Shown: positions 46,801-60,898 of the stretch, in pieces
How positions within the stretch are numbered: position 1 is the stretch's first letter
Layout of the letters: every line of letters starts with the position of its first letter
Origin: Ranitomeya imitator
Taxonomy: Eukaryota
Reading direction: 5' to 3'
Assembly (NCBI RefSeq): GCF_032444005.1
Contig: NC_091288.1
Coordinates: forward strand, 13,888,001-13,952,000
DNA: 64,000 bases
The notes under the pieces: generated by a model
The model's input: only the letters and a program-made list of their open reading frames with translations
The model's database searches: none
Told to the model about the DNA's origin: nothing
Program-made: the position numbers and the translations under genes

Positions 46801-48195
46801 GGAGAGAATGTGCAGCACCTGTCCATGGTGGGAGAGAATGTGCAGCACCTGTCCATGGTGTTAGAGGAAGTGCAGCACCTGTCCATGGTGGGAGAGAATG
46901 TGCAGCACCTGTCCATGGTGGGAGAGAATGTGCAGCACCTGTCCATGGCGGGAGAGAATGTGCAGCACCTGTCCATGGCGGGGGAGAATGTGCAGCATCT
47001 GTCCATGGCGGGAGAGAATGTGCAGCACCTGTCCATGGTGGGAGAGAATGTGCAGCACCTGTCCATGGTGTTAGAGGAAGTGCAGCACCCGTCCATGGTG
47101 GGAGAGAATGTGCAGCACCTGTCCATGGCGGGAGAGAATGTGCAGCACCTGTCCATGGTGGGAGAGAATGTGCAGCACCTGTCCATGTTGGGGAGAATGT
47201 GCAGCACCTGTCCATGGTGGGAGAGAATGTGCAGCACCTGTCCATAGGGGGAGAGAATGTGCAGCACCTGTCCATGGCGGGAGAGAATGTGCAGCACCTG
47301 TCCATGGCAGGAGAGAATGTGCAGCACCTGTCCATGGCGGGGGAGAATGTGCAGCATCTGTCCATGGCGGGAGAGAATGTGCAGCACCTGTCCATGGTGG
47401 GAGAGAATGTGCAGCACCTGTCCATGGTGTTAGAGGAAGTGCAGCACCTGTCCATGGTGGGAGAGAATGTGCAGCACCTGTCCATGGTGGGAGAGAATGT
47501 GCAGCACCTGTCCATGGCGGGAGAGAATGTGCAGCACCTGTCCATGGCGGGGGAGAATGTGCAGCATCTGTCCATGGTGGGAGAGAATGTGCAGCACCTG
47601 TCCATGGTGGAGAGAATGTGCAGCATCTGTCCATGGCGGGAGAGAATGTGCAGCACCTGTCCATGGTGGGAGAGAATGTGCAGCACCTGTCCATGGTGTT
47701 AGAGGAAGTGCAGCACCTGTCCATGGTGGGAGAGAATGTGCAGCACCTGTCCATGGCGGGAGAGAATGTGCAGCACCTGTCCATGGCGGGGGAGAATGTG
47801 CAGCATCTGTCCATGGCGGGAGAGAATGTGCAGCACCTGTCCATGGTGGGAGAGAATGTGCAGCACCTGTCCATGGTGTTAGAGGAAGTGCAGCACCTGT
47901 CCATGGTGGGAGAGAATGTGCAGCACCTGTCCATGGTGGGAGAGAATGTGCAGCACCTGTCCATGGCGGGAGAGAATGTGCAGCACCTGTCCATGGCGGG
48001 GGAGAATGTGCAGCATCTGTCCATGGCGGGAGAGAATGTGCAGCACCTGTCCATGGTGGGAGAGAATGTGCAGCACCTGTCCATGGTGTTAGAGGAAGTG
48101 CAGCACCCGTCCATGGTGGGAGAGAATGTGCAGCACCTGTCCATGGTGTTAGAGGAAGTGCAGCACCTGTCCATGGTGTTAGAGGAAGTGCAGCA
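43878..48195. repeat. 30-bp minisatellite (CCATGGTGGGAGAGAATGTGCAGCACCTGT)n, about 144 copies
   Basis: Visible tandem unit with 29/30-bp variants; source of all long ORFs at 43.7-48.3 kb. Confidence 0.99.
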
Positions 48196-49927
48196 ATACT
48201 TGTGTTTGGCAGGAGAGGACCATGTAGCAGCACCTGTCCATGGCGGTCCTGCTAGGAGACAGCAGCACGTGTAATTGGGCTTCTAGAGTGCAGCAGGCTT
48301 GACGCCCACTCATTGATTGAGAACAGTGGGTTCTGGCTTCATGGCAGCGAGGCGTGCGCTGACTCACAGTAACAGCGTGCCCAGCTCTGAATGAGGGCAC
48401 ACATACGCTGTGGAGGAGACATCCTGGTAGCCTACATTTGATACTTTGATTTCTCAAGCAAACGCTGAACATATGGACTCATATGTGGGGCAGGGGGAGG
48501 CGAATTGTAGAAACTCATATTTGGAAGGATTAGTGAGACGCGCGGCTCATGAAATAGTGGGACAAACATGAGAAATTCGTATCTGGGCCATACCAGGATC
48601 CTGCCAGCCTGTGCCCCACATTGGGGGCTCACATTGCTGCTTGTGACCCAATGCCAGTGGATCCAAGTGACGGCTGAAGACAGAGGAGCTGGACGGAGTC
48701 TGTATATTGTCCGTTATGAGGTTCATACCCATGATATTATGGTATTCTGACCCCCTCCTTATGACTGCAAGGTCAGGAAGCTATTTGGAGGTCCGGGGGA
48801 CCGAGTCTCTTCCATTTACCGTTCCCTTTACAGCCCCTTGTGTGGTTTGTAGAGGATAATGGAGGATTGACCCTGTCACCCATCACAGGAGATGCTGGAA
48901 GTAAAAATGGCGTCCACCAGTATATGCAGTAGCCGTGCGCTTCCGATTATCACCCCGCTGTAACCCTTGCACTGCTGGCGCTCGGTGACGTGACAGTTGT
49001 GCTGTTGGGATCATCTACACTTCAATCTCCGGGGGCTTCTTATAATCTTCTGGACGTCGGTAACGATAATGGGAGTCCGAACACGTCTATTTTTCGCGGC
49101 ATCATCCTTGGGTCCTGGGTTATGTCACTATTGCACCAAACCATATATATACTGGTTCTGACTGGATCGGGAAGGAGCGGACATTGCCCTGCAGGACAGT
49201 TGTGTGTGTCTGTGACTGGTCCTGTGCGGACATCACCCCCACTATCACAATGTGGCATCAGCAGAGCAATGTCCCCCATTACCCACCACTGTGCCGTCCA
49301 TGTTGGTGCCGCAGCTCCGGAGCAATGTTGTGAGCAGCAGTACCAGCTGTGCCTGCCTGGTGAAGAGTGGTGCCCCCAGTGTACCCCAAATACTTACTGC
49401 GCCCGGCACTCTGCATTGGGTTACATATGTGGCTCCTCATACAACCCATGGACTTTGCCTTGGATATCACCTCCGCGTTACCTCCGTGCCACATACGTCT
49501 TCCCTCGTGCACAGCATAATGACACAGGACTCGCCTTGCTTTTGTGATCTTTCAGCCTCCACAATAGTCTGGATTTTGCGCCATGATTCTTCCCCGGGCA
49601 AATAAAACACAGGTGTTCACCTCATCCTAAGGGCTGGTGCCATGTTCTCCATACAAATAGGCTCATTAGCTAAGTGCTGAGGCGCTGGCAAGGCCCCGAC
49701 TACATGACGGGCAGTCATTACCGCACAGAGGCACATTGTGATCAGCACGTGGGCTACAGACGTCCTCTCCTGCCAAGAATGAGGACACAACATCGCAACA
49801 GACTGACAAAGCTGAATATCACACTGAGGAACGCGAACAGGCTGCGACGTGCATGGTGATAATAGGCGCTGACAATAGGATCCCAGATCTGCACCATAAA
49901 TGCAGTGAAAATGAGATATGGTCGACC

Positions 49928-52900
49928 GCAGTCACTGTGTACATACATTACATTACTGATCCTGAGTTACATCCTGTATTATACTCCAGAGCTGCACTCA
50001 CTATTCTGCTGGTGCAGTCACTGTGTACATACATTACATTACTGATCCTGAGTTACATCCTGTATTATACTCCAGAGCTGCACTCACTATTCTGCTGGTG
50101 CAGTCACTGTGTACATACATTACATTACTGATCCTGAGTTACATCCTATATTATACTCCAGAGCTGCACTCACTATTCTGCTGGTGCAGTCACTGTGTAC
50201 ATACATTACATTACTGATCCTGAGTTACATCCTGTATTATACTCCAGAGCTGCACTCACTATTCTGCTGGTGCAGTCACTGTGCTCATACATTACATTAC
50301 TGATCCTGAGTTACATCCTGTATTATACTCCAGAGCTGCACTCACTATTCTGCTGGTGCAGTCACTGTGTACATACATTACATTACTGATCCTGAGTTAC
50401 ATCCTGTATTATACCCCAGAGCTGCACTCACTATTCTGCTGGTGCAGTCACTGTGTACATACATTACATTACTAATCCTGAGTTACATCCTGTATTATAC
50501 TCCAGAGCTGCACTCACTATTCTGCTGGTGCAGTCACTGTGTACATACATTACATTACTGATCCTGAGTTACATCCTGTACGGTATACCCTAGAGCTGCA
50601 CTCACTATTCTGCTGGTGCAGTCACTGTGTACATACATTACATTACTGATCCTGAGTTACATCCTGTATTATACCCCAGAGCTGCACTCACTATTCTGCT
50701 GGTGCAGTCACTGTGTACATACATTACATTACTAATCCTGAGTTACATCCTGTATTATACCCCAGAGCTGCACTCACTATTCTGCTGGTGCAGTCACTGT
50801 GTACATACATTACATTACTGATCCTGAGTTACATCCTGTATTATACTCCAGAGCTGCACTCACTATTCTGCTGGTGCAGTCACTGTGTACATACATTACA
50901 TTACTAATCCTGAGTTACATCCTGTATTATACTCCAGAGCTGCACTCACTATTCTGCTGGTGCAGTCACTGTGTACATACATTACATTACTGATCCTGAG
51001 TTATATCCTGTATTATACTCCAGAGCTGCACTCACTATTCTGCTGGTGCAGTCACTGTGTACATACATTACATTACTGATCCTGAGTTACATCCTGTATT
51101 ATACCCCAGAGCTGCGCTCACTATTCTGCTGGTGCAGTCACTGTGTACATACATTACATTACTGATCCTGAGTTACATCCTGTATTATACCCCAGAGCTG
51201 CACTCACTATTCTGCTGGTGCAGTCACTGTGTACATACATTACATTACTGATCCTGAGTTACATCCTGTATTATACTCCAGAGCTGCACTCACTATTCTG
51301 CTGGTGCAGTCACTGTGTACATACATTACATTACTAATCCTGAGTTACATCTTGTATTATACTCCAGAGCTGCACTCACTATTCTGCTGGTGCAGTCACT
51401 GTGTACATACATTACATTACTGATCCTGAGTTACATTCTGTATTATACTCCAGAGCTGCACTCACTATTCTGCTGGTGCAGTCACTGTGTACATACATTA
51501 CATTACTGATCCTGAGTTACATCCTGTATTATACCCCAGAGCTGCGCTCACTATTCTGCTGGTGCAGTCACTGTGTACATACATTACATTACTGATCCTG
51601 AGTTACATCCTGTATTATACCCCAGAGCTGCACTCACTATTCTGCTGGTGCAGTCACTGTGTACATACATTACATTACTGATCCTGAGTTACATCCTGTA
51701 TTATACTTCAGAGCTGCACTCACTATTCTGCTGGTGCAGTGACTGTGTACATACACTACATTACTGATCCTGAGTTACATCCTGTATTATACTCCAGAGC
51801 TGCACTCACTATTCTGCTGGTGCGGTCACTGTGTACATACACTACATTACTGATCCTGAGTTACATCATGTATTATACTCCAGAGCTGCACTCACTATTC
51901 TGCTGGTGCAGTCACAGTGTACATACATTACATTACTGATCCTGAGTTACATCCTGTATTATACCCCAGAGCTGCACTCACTATTCTGCTGGTGTAGTCA
52001 CTGTGTACATACATTACATTACTGATCCTGAGTTACCTCCTGTATTATACTCCAGAGCTGCACTCACTATTCTGCTGGTGCAGTGACTGTGTACATACAT
52101 TACATTACTGATCCTGAGTTACATCCTGTATTATACTCCAGAGCTGCATTCACTATTCTGCTGGTGCAGTCACTGTGTACATACATTACATCACTGATCC
52201 TGAGTTACATCCTGTATTATACTCCAGAGCTGCACTCACTATTCTGCTGGTGCAGTCACTGTGTACATACATTACATTACTGATCCTGAGTTACCTCCTG
52301 TATTATACTCCAGAGCTGCACTCCCTATTCTGCGGGTCACTGTGTACATACATTACATTACTGATCCTGAGTTACATCCTGTATTATACCCCAGAGCTGC
52401 ACTCACTATTCTGCTGGTGCAGTCACTGTGTACATACATTACATTACTGATCCTGAGTTACATCCTGTATTATACCCCAGAGCTGCACTCACTATTCTGC
52501 TGGTGCAGTCACTGTGTACATACATTACATTACTGATCCTCAGTTACATCCTGTATTATACTCCAGAGCTGCACTCACTATTCTGCTGGTGCAGTCACTG
52601 TGTACATACATTACATTACTAATCCTGAGTTACATCCTGTATTATACTCCAGAGCTGCACTCACTATTCTGCTGGTGCAGTCACTGTGTACATACATTAC
52701 ATTACTGATCCTGAGTTACATTCTGTATTATACTTCAGAGCTGCACTCACTATTCTGCTGGTGCAGTCACTGTGTACATACATTACATTACTGATCCTGA
52801 GTTACATCCTGTATTATACCCCAGAGCTGCGCTCACTATTCTGCTGGTGCAGTCACTGTGTACATACATTACATTACTGATCCTGAGTTACATCCTGTAT

Positions 52901-54338
52901 TATACCCCAGAGCTGCACTCACTATTCTGCTGGTGCAGTCACTGTGTACATACATTACATTACTGATCCTGAGTTACATCCTGTATTATACTCCAGAGCT
53001 GCACTCACTATTCACTATTCTGCTGGTGCAGTCACTGTGTACATACATTACATTACTAATCCTGAGTTACATCCTGTATTATACTCCAGAGCTGCACTCA
53101 CTATTCTGCTGGTGCAGTCACTGTGTACATACATTACATTACTGATCCTGAGTTACATCCTGTATTATACCCCAGAGCTGCGCTCACTATTCTGCTGGTG
53201 CAGTCACTGTGTACATACATTACATTACTGATCCTGAGTTACATCCTGTATTATACCCCAGAGCTGCACTCACTATTCTGCTGGTGCAGTCACTGTGTAC
53301 ATACATTACATTACTGATCCTGAGTTACATCCTGTATTATACTCCAGAGCTGCACTCACTATTCTGCTGGTGCAGTCACTGTGTACATACACTACATTAC
53401 TGATCCTGAGTTACATCCTGTATTATACTCCAGAGCTGCACTCACTATTCTGCTGGTGCGGTCACTGTGTACATACACTACATTACTGATCCTGAGTTAC
53501 ATCATGTATTATACTCCAGAGCTGCACTCACTATTCTGCTGGTGCAGTCACAGTGTAGATACATTACATTACTGATCCTGAGTTACATCCTGTATTATAC
53601 CCCAGAGCTGCACTCACTATTCTGCTGGTGTAGTCACTGTGTACATACATTACATTACTGATCCTGAGTTACCTCCTGTATTATACTCCAGAGCTGCACT
53701 CACTATTCTGCTGGTGCAGTGACTGTGTACATACATTACATTACTGATCCTGAGTTACATCCTGTATTATACTCCAGAGCTGCACTCACTATTCTGCTGG
53801 TGCAGTCACAGTGTACATACATTACATTACTGATCCTGAGTTACATCCTGTATTATACCCCAGAGCTGCGCTCACTATTCTGCTGGTGCAGTCACTGTGT
53901 ACATACATTACATTACTGATCCTGAGTTACCGCCTGTATTATACTCCAGAGCTGCACTCACTATTCTGCTGGTGCAGTCACTGTGTACATACATTACATT
54001 ACTGATCCTGAGTTACATCCTGTATTATACTCCAGAGCTGCATTCACTATTCTGCTGGTGCAGTCACTGTGTACATACATTACATCACTGATCCTGAGTT
54101 ACATCCTGTATTATACTCCAGAGCTGCGCTCACTATTCTGCTGGTGCAGTCACTGTGTACATATATTACATTACTGATCCTGAGTTACATCCTGTCTTAT
54201 ACTCCAGAGCTGCGCTCACTATTCTGCTGGTGCAGTCACTGTGTACATACATTACATTACTGATCCTGAGTTACATCCTGTATTATACTCCAGAGCTGCA
54301 CTCACTATTCTGCTGGTGCAGTCACTGTGTACGTACAT
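49928..54338 (+). repeat. 86-bp satellite array, about 51 copies
   Basis: Unit GTCACTGTGTACATACATTACATTACTGATCCTGAGTTACATCCTGTATTATACTCCAGAGCTGCACTCACTATTCTGCTGGTGCA; the ORF track repeats every 86 nt. Confidence 0.99.
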
Positions 54339-54508
54339 TTCTTACACTGTAACAAGTTTGATTTGCTATGAAACAATGATCTTTTGAGTTGAGTGTTCGC
54401 TGCGTCTATTTTGGTGAAGTAGAGGGAGAACTCTGTTACATTTCAGGACCATGGAGAGCATTAAGAAGCATTTGTTATTTGCACAGAGACTGAATGCCTC
54501 CCAGTATA

Positions 54509-54925
54509 CAGTGGTGTGGGAAAGTATTTGCCCTCTTCCTTATAGAGGCGGTTCATGCTCGGAGACCCTCCAATGTGGCTGATTTACAACAATTCTGCAC
54601 AGATGAGTGGCCAGAATTCCTCCAGAGCGTTGTATGAGACTCATTACCAGTTATCACAAACACTTGATTTCAGTTGTTCCTGCTAATGGCGGCCCAACCA
54701 GTTATTAGGTTTAGGGGGCAATCGCTTTCTCACACAGGACCCTGTAGGTTTGGATTTCTTTTCCCCTTAATAATAAAGACCTTCATCTATAAACTTCATG
54801 TCGTGATTACTTGTGTTATATTTGTCTAATATTTACATTTGTTTGGTGATCAGAAACATTAAGTGTGACAAACATGCAAAAGAATAGGAAATTAGGAAGG
54901 GGGTGAACACTTTTGCACAGCACTG
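54509..54925 (+). mobile_element. Internally deleted Tc1 copy (417 bp), same family as 37690-39243
   Basis: TA|CAGTGGTGTGGGAAAGTATTTGCCC ... GAACACTTTTGCACAGCACTG|TA; 54546-54925 is homologous to 38880-39243. Confidence 0.85.
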
Positions 54926-57900
54926 TAACTATATGAGACAGAATCCGGGGGTGAAAGATGCCGCCGGTGTCAGAATGTATTCCCCATTTCTGATGGCTAA
55001 GTTCTGGCAGATACAAAGTGTCCGCTCGCCTTTCCGGAGTCTCTCCGCTCAGCCCATTATTATGCATCAGACGATGTCGGATCCTAAGTGCGCTGTCTGC
55101 CCACTTAGCAATATGATGTGAATCTGCAGCTCGTGATGCCAGCTGGCACAAGCCTGGCACTGTCAGTCTGGCTGAAGCAGGACTGGGGCTACTTAATATA
55201 CACCGCGAGCTGCCATCACGCAGAAAGAGCACTCTCATCAATAAGAAAAAACAAATCTTATATGAAAGGATGTAATAGAATACAATGTTCCACCAGGCAG
55301 GACCCCTCCCCCACCCTCCATGATATGGGGTCATTAGCATTCTGCGCCTCCGACCAGACATGGATATGATTGGAGTTATTATAAATCAGTGATGCAAATA
55401 TGGAGGATTTGACCCTCAAGTGACGGCTCCTTATGTAATACTCGTCTTCCTGTTTTTCCAATTAAAACTGATTGATTAATTGCTCGGGCTAACAGCCCCG
55501 TGATAAAAAACAGAGACTTGGTCTGTTTTTAAAGAAAAGACTTTTCAGCAAATGTTCCATAAATCAGTAGTACAAGTGAATAAGAACATTTGTAATGTGT
55601 CTTATCAGAGAAATCTGCATTTTCTTACATTTATAACCTACTTCTTTCCTCTTTCCTGCCTCCTGAACTCATCATTCATTCTGACAAACTGCTAAAATAC
55701 ATCATACTTAAGACAACATTTTTTGACTGTTCACTGAGGTGTCAGGTTACAGCTGCCTATTGAATTTTATGGGGAAGGAGAGTAGCAGAATGAGAAAACG
55801 GCTCTAACAAACTCATATCTTGTGCTCCCCAGTGTTTTACCTTACCTCAGAGCTGGATGCACATCTACACTGCTCATTACAATAGATGCAAAGAAGGAAA
55901 AAAAAAGATGATTGCAAAAGGATCTATTCCCTTTAAGACCCTAATAAACTTCAAAGGGGTACTTATATTTTATAAAGTGATGACTCTGACATTACTTTAA
56001 TGGTTAGGCCTCTGTGCACCCACTGAACCTGAGAATACAGTGACCACAATATCATATTTTTCTAGTTAGGTGAGGAGAGTGAGTCAATAGGTGTTCTAAC
56101 TATTCAGGTTCCCCGCCAGTGAGTGCGCCGGCGGGCTGAAAGGATTTTCTGTTATTTGGCCAATTACAGTGTGCCCTGCTACAATTATCCAAATGATTAG
56201 TTGTAATCTGCAAATAATCTGGCAGTGAGCCTACAGTTTCCATAGAGCGCCTCCACAGGAAACATGAAGGATTACATGGCGCACAATTAAATAGTGAAAG
56301 CCTATGATGCCAATTATCACTGTGGTTAATAGATAAAAGTTTTTTTTTTAAAAAAAGAGATCCTCATCTCTCCTTATTTTCCCTGATAGGATATTTAAAG
56401 TCATCATTACTATAAATAATAGGAAGGGGGCGCTGTTTTAAATTTAGCATTGGGACTGAGGGCTGAGATCGTTTCAACAAACTTTGCTTAAATCAGTAGT
56501 ACAAGTGACTGCAAGAAGCTTTGTAATGTATCTTATCAGAAATGTTTTCTTCTTCACTTATGAGCACTTTTCTTCTGTTTCTTTAACTAATCAGTCTCTG
56601 ATAAACTGTTAAAATCTGTATTACTCAAAACAAAATGGCTTACCTGCTCACTGAGGGATCAATTTACAGCTGCACATGCAGTTCTAATGAGAGGAGAGAA
56701 AGGGAAAAGAAAGGTGAGAGAGATGGAGAGACAGATAGTCACACAAATAGCGTTGCCGCTTTCTAGTAGGTGTTTTATGTTATTTCAGTGCTGGATTCAC
56801 AGCTACACTGCTTAGTACTGCTGTTGATTGTCCTCCATGCAGTTGCTGCTTCTGAACATGTGCTACATAGAGACATGAGAGCAGGAATCCCTCATCTCTG
56901 TGTGTAGCAGAGATAGCAGCTCATCTACACCCACTAGCTCAGAGACAACTAAAATTAAAGATAGAGCTTGCAGAGATAAAACTGGGGAGTAATGCAGGAT
57001 ACAAGTCATTAGTGTTATTCTTCATGTACACATATGGGTATTTATTCTGGAAAGTCACTTCAAACAGGCTCTAACTATGGAAGTATCTCAGGGATTTTTT
57101 TTCTACGTGGGCGACCTCTTAGCTAGATGCTGATCTGCTGACAATCTCATTGTAGCTACAGCTCCCAGGAGAAAAGTGGAATTACGTGGTTCCTAATTTA
57201 ATGCAGCAAGAACTGCTATATGCAATCGATTTCTAACGTTGCTAAAATAGGGAACATTAGCGGGGGATCCCAATGTGATGTCCATATGCCCCAATTTAAC
57301 ATCTGATGTACAGTTGTTTTAAACCCTTTAACTACACATATCAATCAAACCTCTGAAACTTGCATTTTTGTCCAAGCAGATTCTGCATAAATGTGTAATA
57401 AACATCATGTCGTCTGCATCACTAAGCATAGCACATACATATAGCCCAATAATACAGCACAAGCTAGAATGTCACATTTATAGGGCAGCTGTGTTAAAAA
57501 TAACAGATTGACAAAATAACACAATGATGGAGGATGAAGTTGCAGAACTGAGTCCTGATCTTTGTGATACAATGTCACTGCGAGCCTCTGTAATAGCATT
57601 TTGTCAGGTCACAACATGGGATTAAGGATCCAGGCGGGGATTAGCAATTACTGCAGATTTATTCTAAGGACTGTTATTTATAAGGCAGCAGAGAACAAGC
57701 AATAGAGACGCAGACTGTTCCTAGAAGAGGCGCAATACGTGGATTCTGTGGAAGCTTTAGAAATGTGACGCATTCAAGAATAATCACAATAAAGAGAAAG
57801 ACAATAATAAAGGCTTAAAAAGAATTAACAGACATAGAAGCTAAACAAAGAGGCTGATGCCATGCTGCAGAAAACATGAGAGTGACTGATAAATCACTAA

Positions 57901-58074
57901 TCCCCTTATCAATACTACATAGGAATGTTCAGTTACCAAGGTGAGGAGATCAAGGGAAGGGACAACTGCACTACGTCCATTGCTCGTTTCAGAAGGTAAT
58001 CATTGCTCATATGTCCCAACAATCTGATTTGTAGATAGACTACACCAGCAGAAAGAAAATACTTCTCTGTTTAA

Positions 58075-58220
58075 ACAATGCAAAATGCAAATACATTTGT
58101 ACAATGTGATTTTCTGGATTTTATTTTTGATATTCTATCTCTCAATGTTAAAATTAACCTACCCTTAAAATTATAGACTTACAAAATCAGCAAGGGATCA
58201 AATACTTATTTCCCCCACTG
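58075..58220. mobile_element. Isolated Tc1 terminal inverted repeat (family of the 8833 element)
   Basis: ...CAGCAAGGGATCAAATACTTATTTCCCCCACTG|TA is the reverse complement of the 8833 TIR. Confidence 0.85.
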
Positions 58221-59384
58221 TAACGGTATTTTACAATTGATTGGGTTGTCATAGAAACTGTGTTTATATGTACAGCTCCCCCTAGAGGTGGCTGCAGGCA
58301 GCTGGAATTTTAACATTTTAAGGGGCAGTTAGACAACAAAACAAGTGCTTGTAAATTAATGAAACTTACTAATAGCTTCTAATTGTCTAACTTCACCAAT
58401 GGCCCTGACGTGTGATCCTGGAGGAAGGACAAGACCTGCGCTCCCTCTTTATGTGTTGGTGAGAACCTCTTTGCCTCAATGGGAGCGTCAGATCCGGCTC
58501 CTGAGACCACTCAATGGGATCCAAGAATCAGATCGTTGGCAAAATTTAGAAAATCAATGCACATCAGAAAGTTTTATTGATTTGCAAGAACTTCTTATGT
58601 TGTCAGCTATCCCCTTTAATTCTTTATCATAAAGCAAAGAATTTAAAACATTTCATGAAAAGATTTATGCGGTGGCCCCCATAATACTCACCCAATTGTT
58701 CAAATGGTCAGTCCACTAATAGGGTCTTGTAGGAGCTGACGGCCCCCTGTGCAGTTACGGGGTCCATGGGAAGGGGAACAGTAGCACAGTTTGCTGGTCA
58801 CCCCTTATTAAAGTTTATTTAGTGACATGTCAAGGTTTGATCAGTGTCAGACCTCATCCTCCAGCACAAAGTTGGCTCAGATACAAAGTACATACAAATA
58901 TTCAAGATGCAAAAATATTGGAAGAACTTTAACCCAATAAGCCTTAATCCTCAGCAACATTTGGAAATGACTAAACAATATCCCATATATCACCGAGAGT
59001 GGAGTCTTCATCTGAATTCCTCGTCGTGTCCTCTGATCTTCACAACTGATGTCTCTATGGTAACGGCTAATATCGGAATCAGAAAGGGGAAATTCTGTAT
59101 GTAAACAAGAATGCAACAATGTATCTGAGGACCTGAAGTAGAAAATGCTGCTACAGTCCGACCCCCAGAAATCTGGATCTATAGACCTCAATGCAAGACA
59201 ACAGCTGCAAAATTGGCTACACTGAGATACATCGCTGCCATTAACCTCTTTATGGACATTTGTTCTCACTTTGTCATCAAATCCAATGCTTTATTCCCAC
59301 TGTTATAGACGTAAAATGTCTAATAGAGGTTGTAGAAACGAGCACTTTAATTTACTACTTATTAAAATTTGCAGCCGTTCTTGA

Positions 59385-59654
59385 GATATTATTTTCCTTA
59401 CTTATATAGCACCATCATATTCCGCAGGGCTGTACAAACCTCATCATCACTGTCTCCATTCGGGTTCACAGTCTAAATTCCCAATCACTATCTCTTTGGA
59501 GTGTGGGAGGAAACCAGAAAACCTGGAGAAAACCCACGCAACACGGGGAGAACAACATACAGACTCCTTGTAGATATTGTTCTTGATGAGATTTGATCCC
59601 AGTACCCCAATTCTGTAAAGGAATGGTGCTAACCACTGAGCCACTGTGCTGCCC
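59385..59654 (-). mobile_element. tRNA-derived V-type SINE with L2-like tail
   Basis: Minus strand GGGCAGCACAGTGGCTCAGTGGTTAGCAC (box A), degenerate box B GGGATCAAATC, V-domain-like TCTCCCCGTGTTGCGTGGGTTTTCTCCAGG...TTTCCTCCCACACTCCAAAG, tail GCGGAATATGATGGTGCTATATAA. Confidence 0.8.
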
Positions 59655-59984
59655 TATATATAGTACAGTGATAACCAAAGAGCCACTATGCTGACCTATA
59701 TATATGTAGTATAGTGTTATCCACTGATACCTAAGGTCCTGCAATGCCCGGACCTGAGGAAAGAGACAGAGCGAATCAGAAGAACTATTTCTAATTGGAG
59801 GCATTTGTTAATATTATTATTACACCTACTACATACTGGGATAGGATCCTGGAGATGGGAATACGCCTTTCATATTCCTAAGTGAAAGACAAGATATCTG
59901 CGTCACATATATTAAAGGGGTGTCCAATGCCAAAAAGATGCTCCGATCTCCAGCTATCAGCTCAGTCTCAGGAGCTCGGGAACA

Positions 59985-60150
59985 GATGAGGGGAAGAGGA
60001 GAAGAAGGGAAAAGAGAAGAAAAGAGAAGAGGGGAAAAGAGAAGGGAAAAGATGGAAAGAGGGAATAAGGGAATTATCTGGGGGGAGAAATTATTATTAT
60101 TATTTATTGTTATAGCGCCATTTATTCCATGGCGCTTTACATGTGAGATA
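59985..60150. repeat. Homopurine (GA-rich) tract followed by a short L2-type tail
   Basis: GGGAAGAGGAGAAGAAGGGAAAAGAGAAG... then (ATT)n TTTATTGTTATAGCGCCATTTATTCCATGGCGCTTTAC. Confidence 0.65.
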
Positions 60151-60595
60151 TTGGTGTATTATCTTTCTATCTATATCTGTTTTTCTATCTCATATTTATC
60201 TGTCTCCAGGGGCACAATAGGTGCAGGGCTTACAACTACCCCCAGCCCCTGGAGTTTTTGGGGTCCAAAAAGTCCCTTTGGCCTATATAAAACGACCAAT
60301 GCTATTAAAGACTTGCAATAATTGGTGGCCCCATTGGAGCTTTTGCATTGGGGCCCAAAGTTACGCCAGTGTCTATCACTCTGATTTTGGTGGCACATCG
60401 TCATGGCTGATCTGTATATGCAGTGTATGCTGAGCAGAGCAGTGCGCGGGTTACAGACAGGGTTGTGCACGTGTTTGTTCTATGCCCTCATGTTGGCATT
60501 TTTTTGGACATCCCTGGGGCGCTGCGTTCATCGATTCTCCTGCTCGCTGGTACCAGAACTTCACCTGAACTTCAACCAGATCCCGAACCCCATTG

Positions 60596-60898
60596 NNNNN
60601 NNNNNNNNNNNNNNNNNNNNNNNNNNNNNNNNNNNNNNNNNNNNNNNNNNNNNNNNNNNNNNNNNNNNNNNNNNNNNNNNNNNNNNNNNNNNNNNNNNNN
60701 NNNNNNNNNNNNNNNNNNNNNNNNNNNNNNNNNNNNNNNNNNNNNNNNNNNNNNNNNNNNNNNNNNNNNNNNNNNNNNNNNNNNNNNNNNNNNNNNNNNN
60801 NNNNNNNNNNNNNNNNNNNNNNNNNNNNNNNNNNNNNNNNNNNNNNNNNNNNNNNNNNNNNNNNNNNNNNNNNNNNNNNNNNNNNNNNNNNNNNNNNN
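60596..60898. other. Assembly gap (303 N)
   Basis: Run of N. Confidence 1.

Noticed and set aside
43676-48274. Very long ORFs (up to 1184 aa) on both strands
   Set aside because: They are translations of a 30-bp tandem unit that lacks stops in several frames; frames shift at 29-bp variants and there is no domain similarity.
48700-49900. Moderately CpG-rich stretch with 80-185-aa ORFs (a similar one at 17200-17990) as a possible gene or transposase relic
   Set aside because: No recognisable motif in any listed frame; left unassigned pending a BLASTX/Dfam search.
41145-54338. CRISPR-like appearance of the regular arrays
   Set aside because: Units are head-to-tail with no unique spacers, there are no cas genes, and the DNA is eukaryotic.
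49853-54352. Dozens of 64-aa ORFs (MYIHYITDPEL...)
   Set aside because: A periodic artefact of the 86-bp satellite.
58275-58288. CTCF-like motif (CCTCTAGGGGGAGC on the minus strand)
   Set aside because: A short match in a repeat-rich context with no independent support; similar matches occur in the LTR at about 15955.
59600-59654. tRNA gene
   Set aside because: Box A is present, but box B and the cloverleaf are degenerate and it continues into SINE body and tail.
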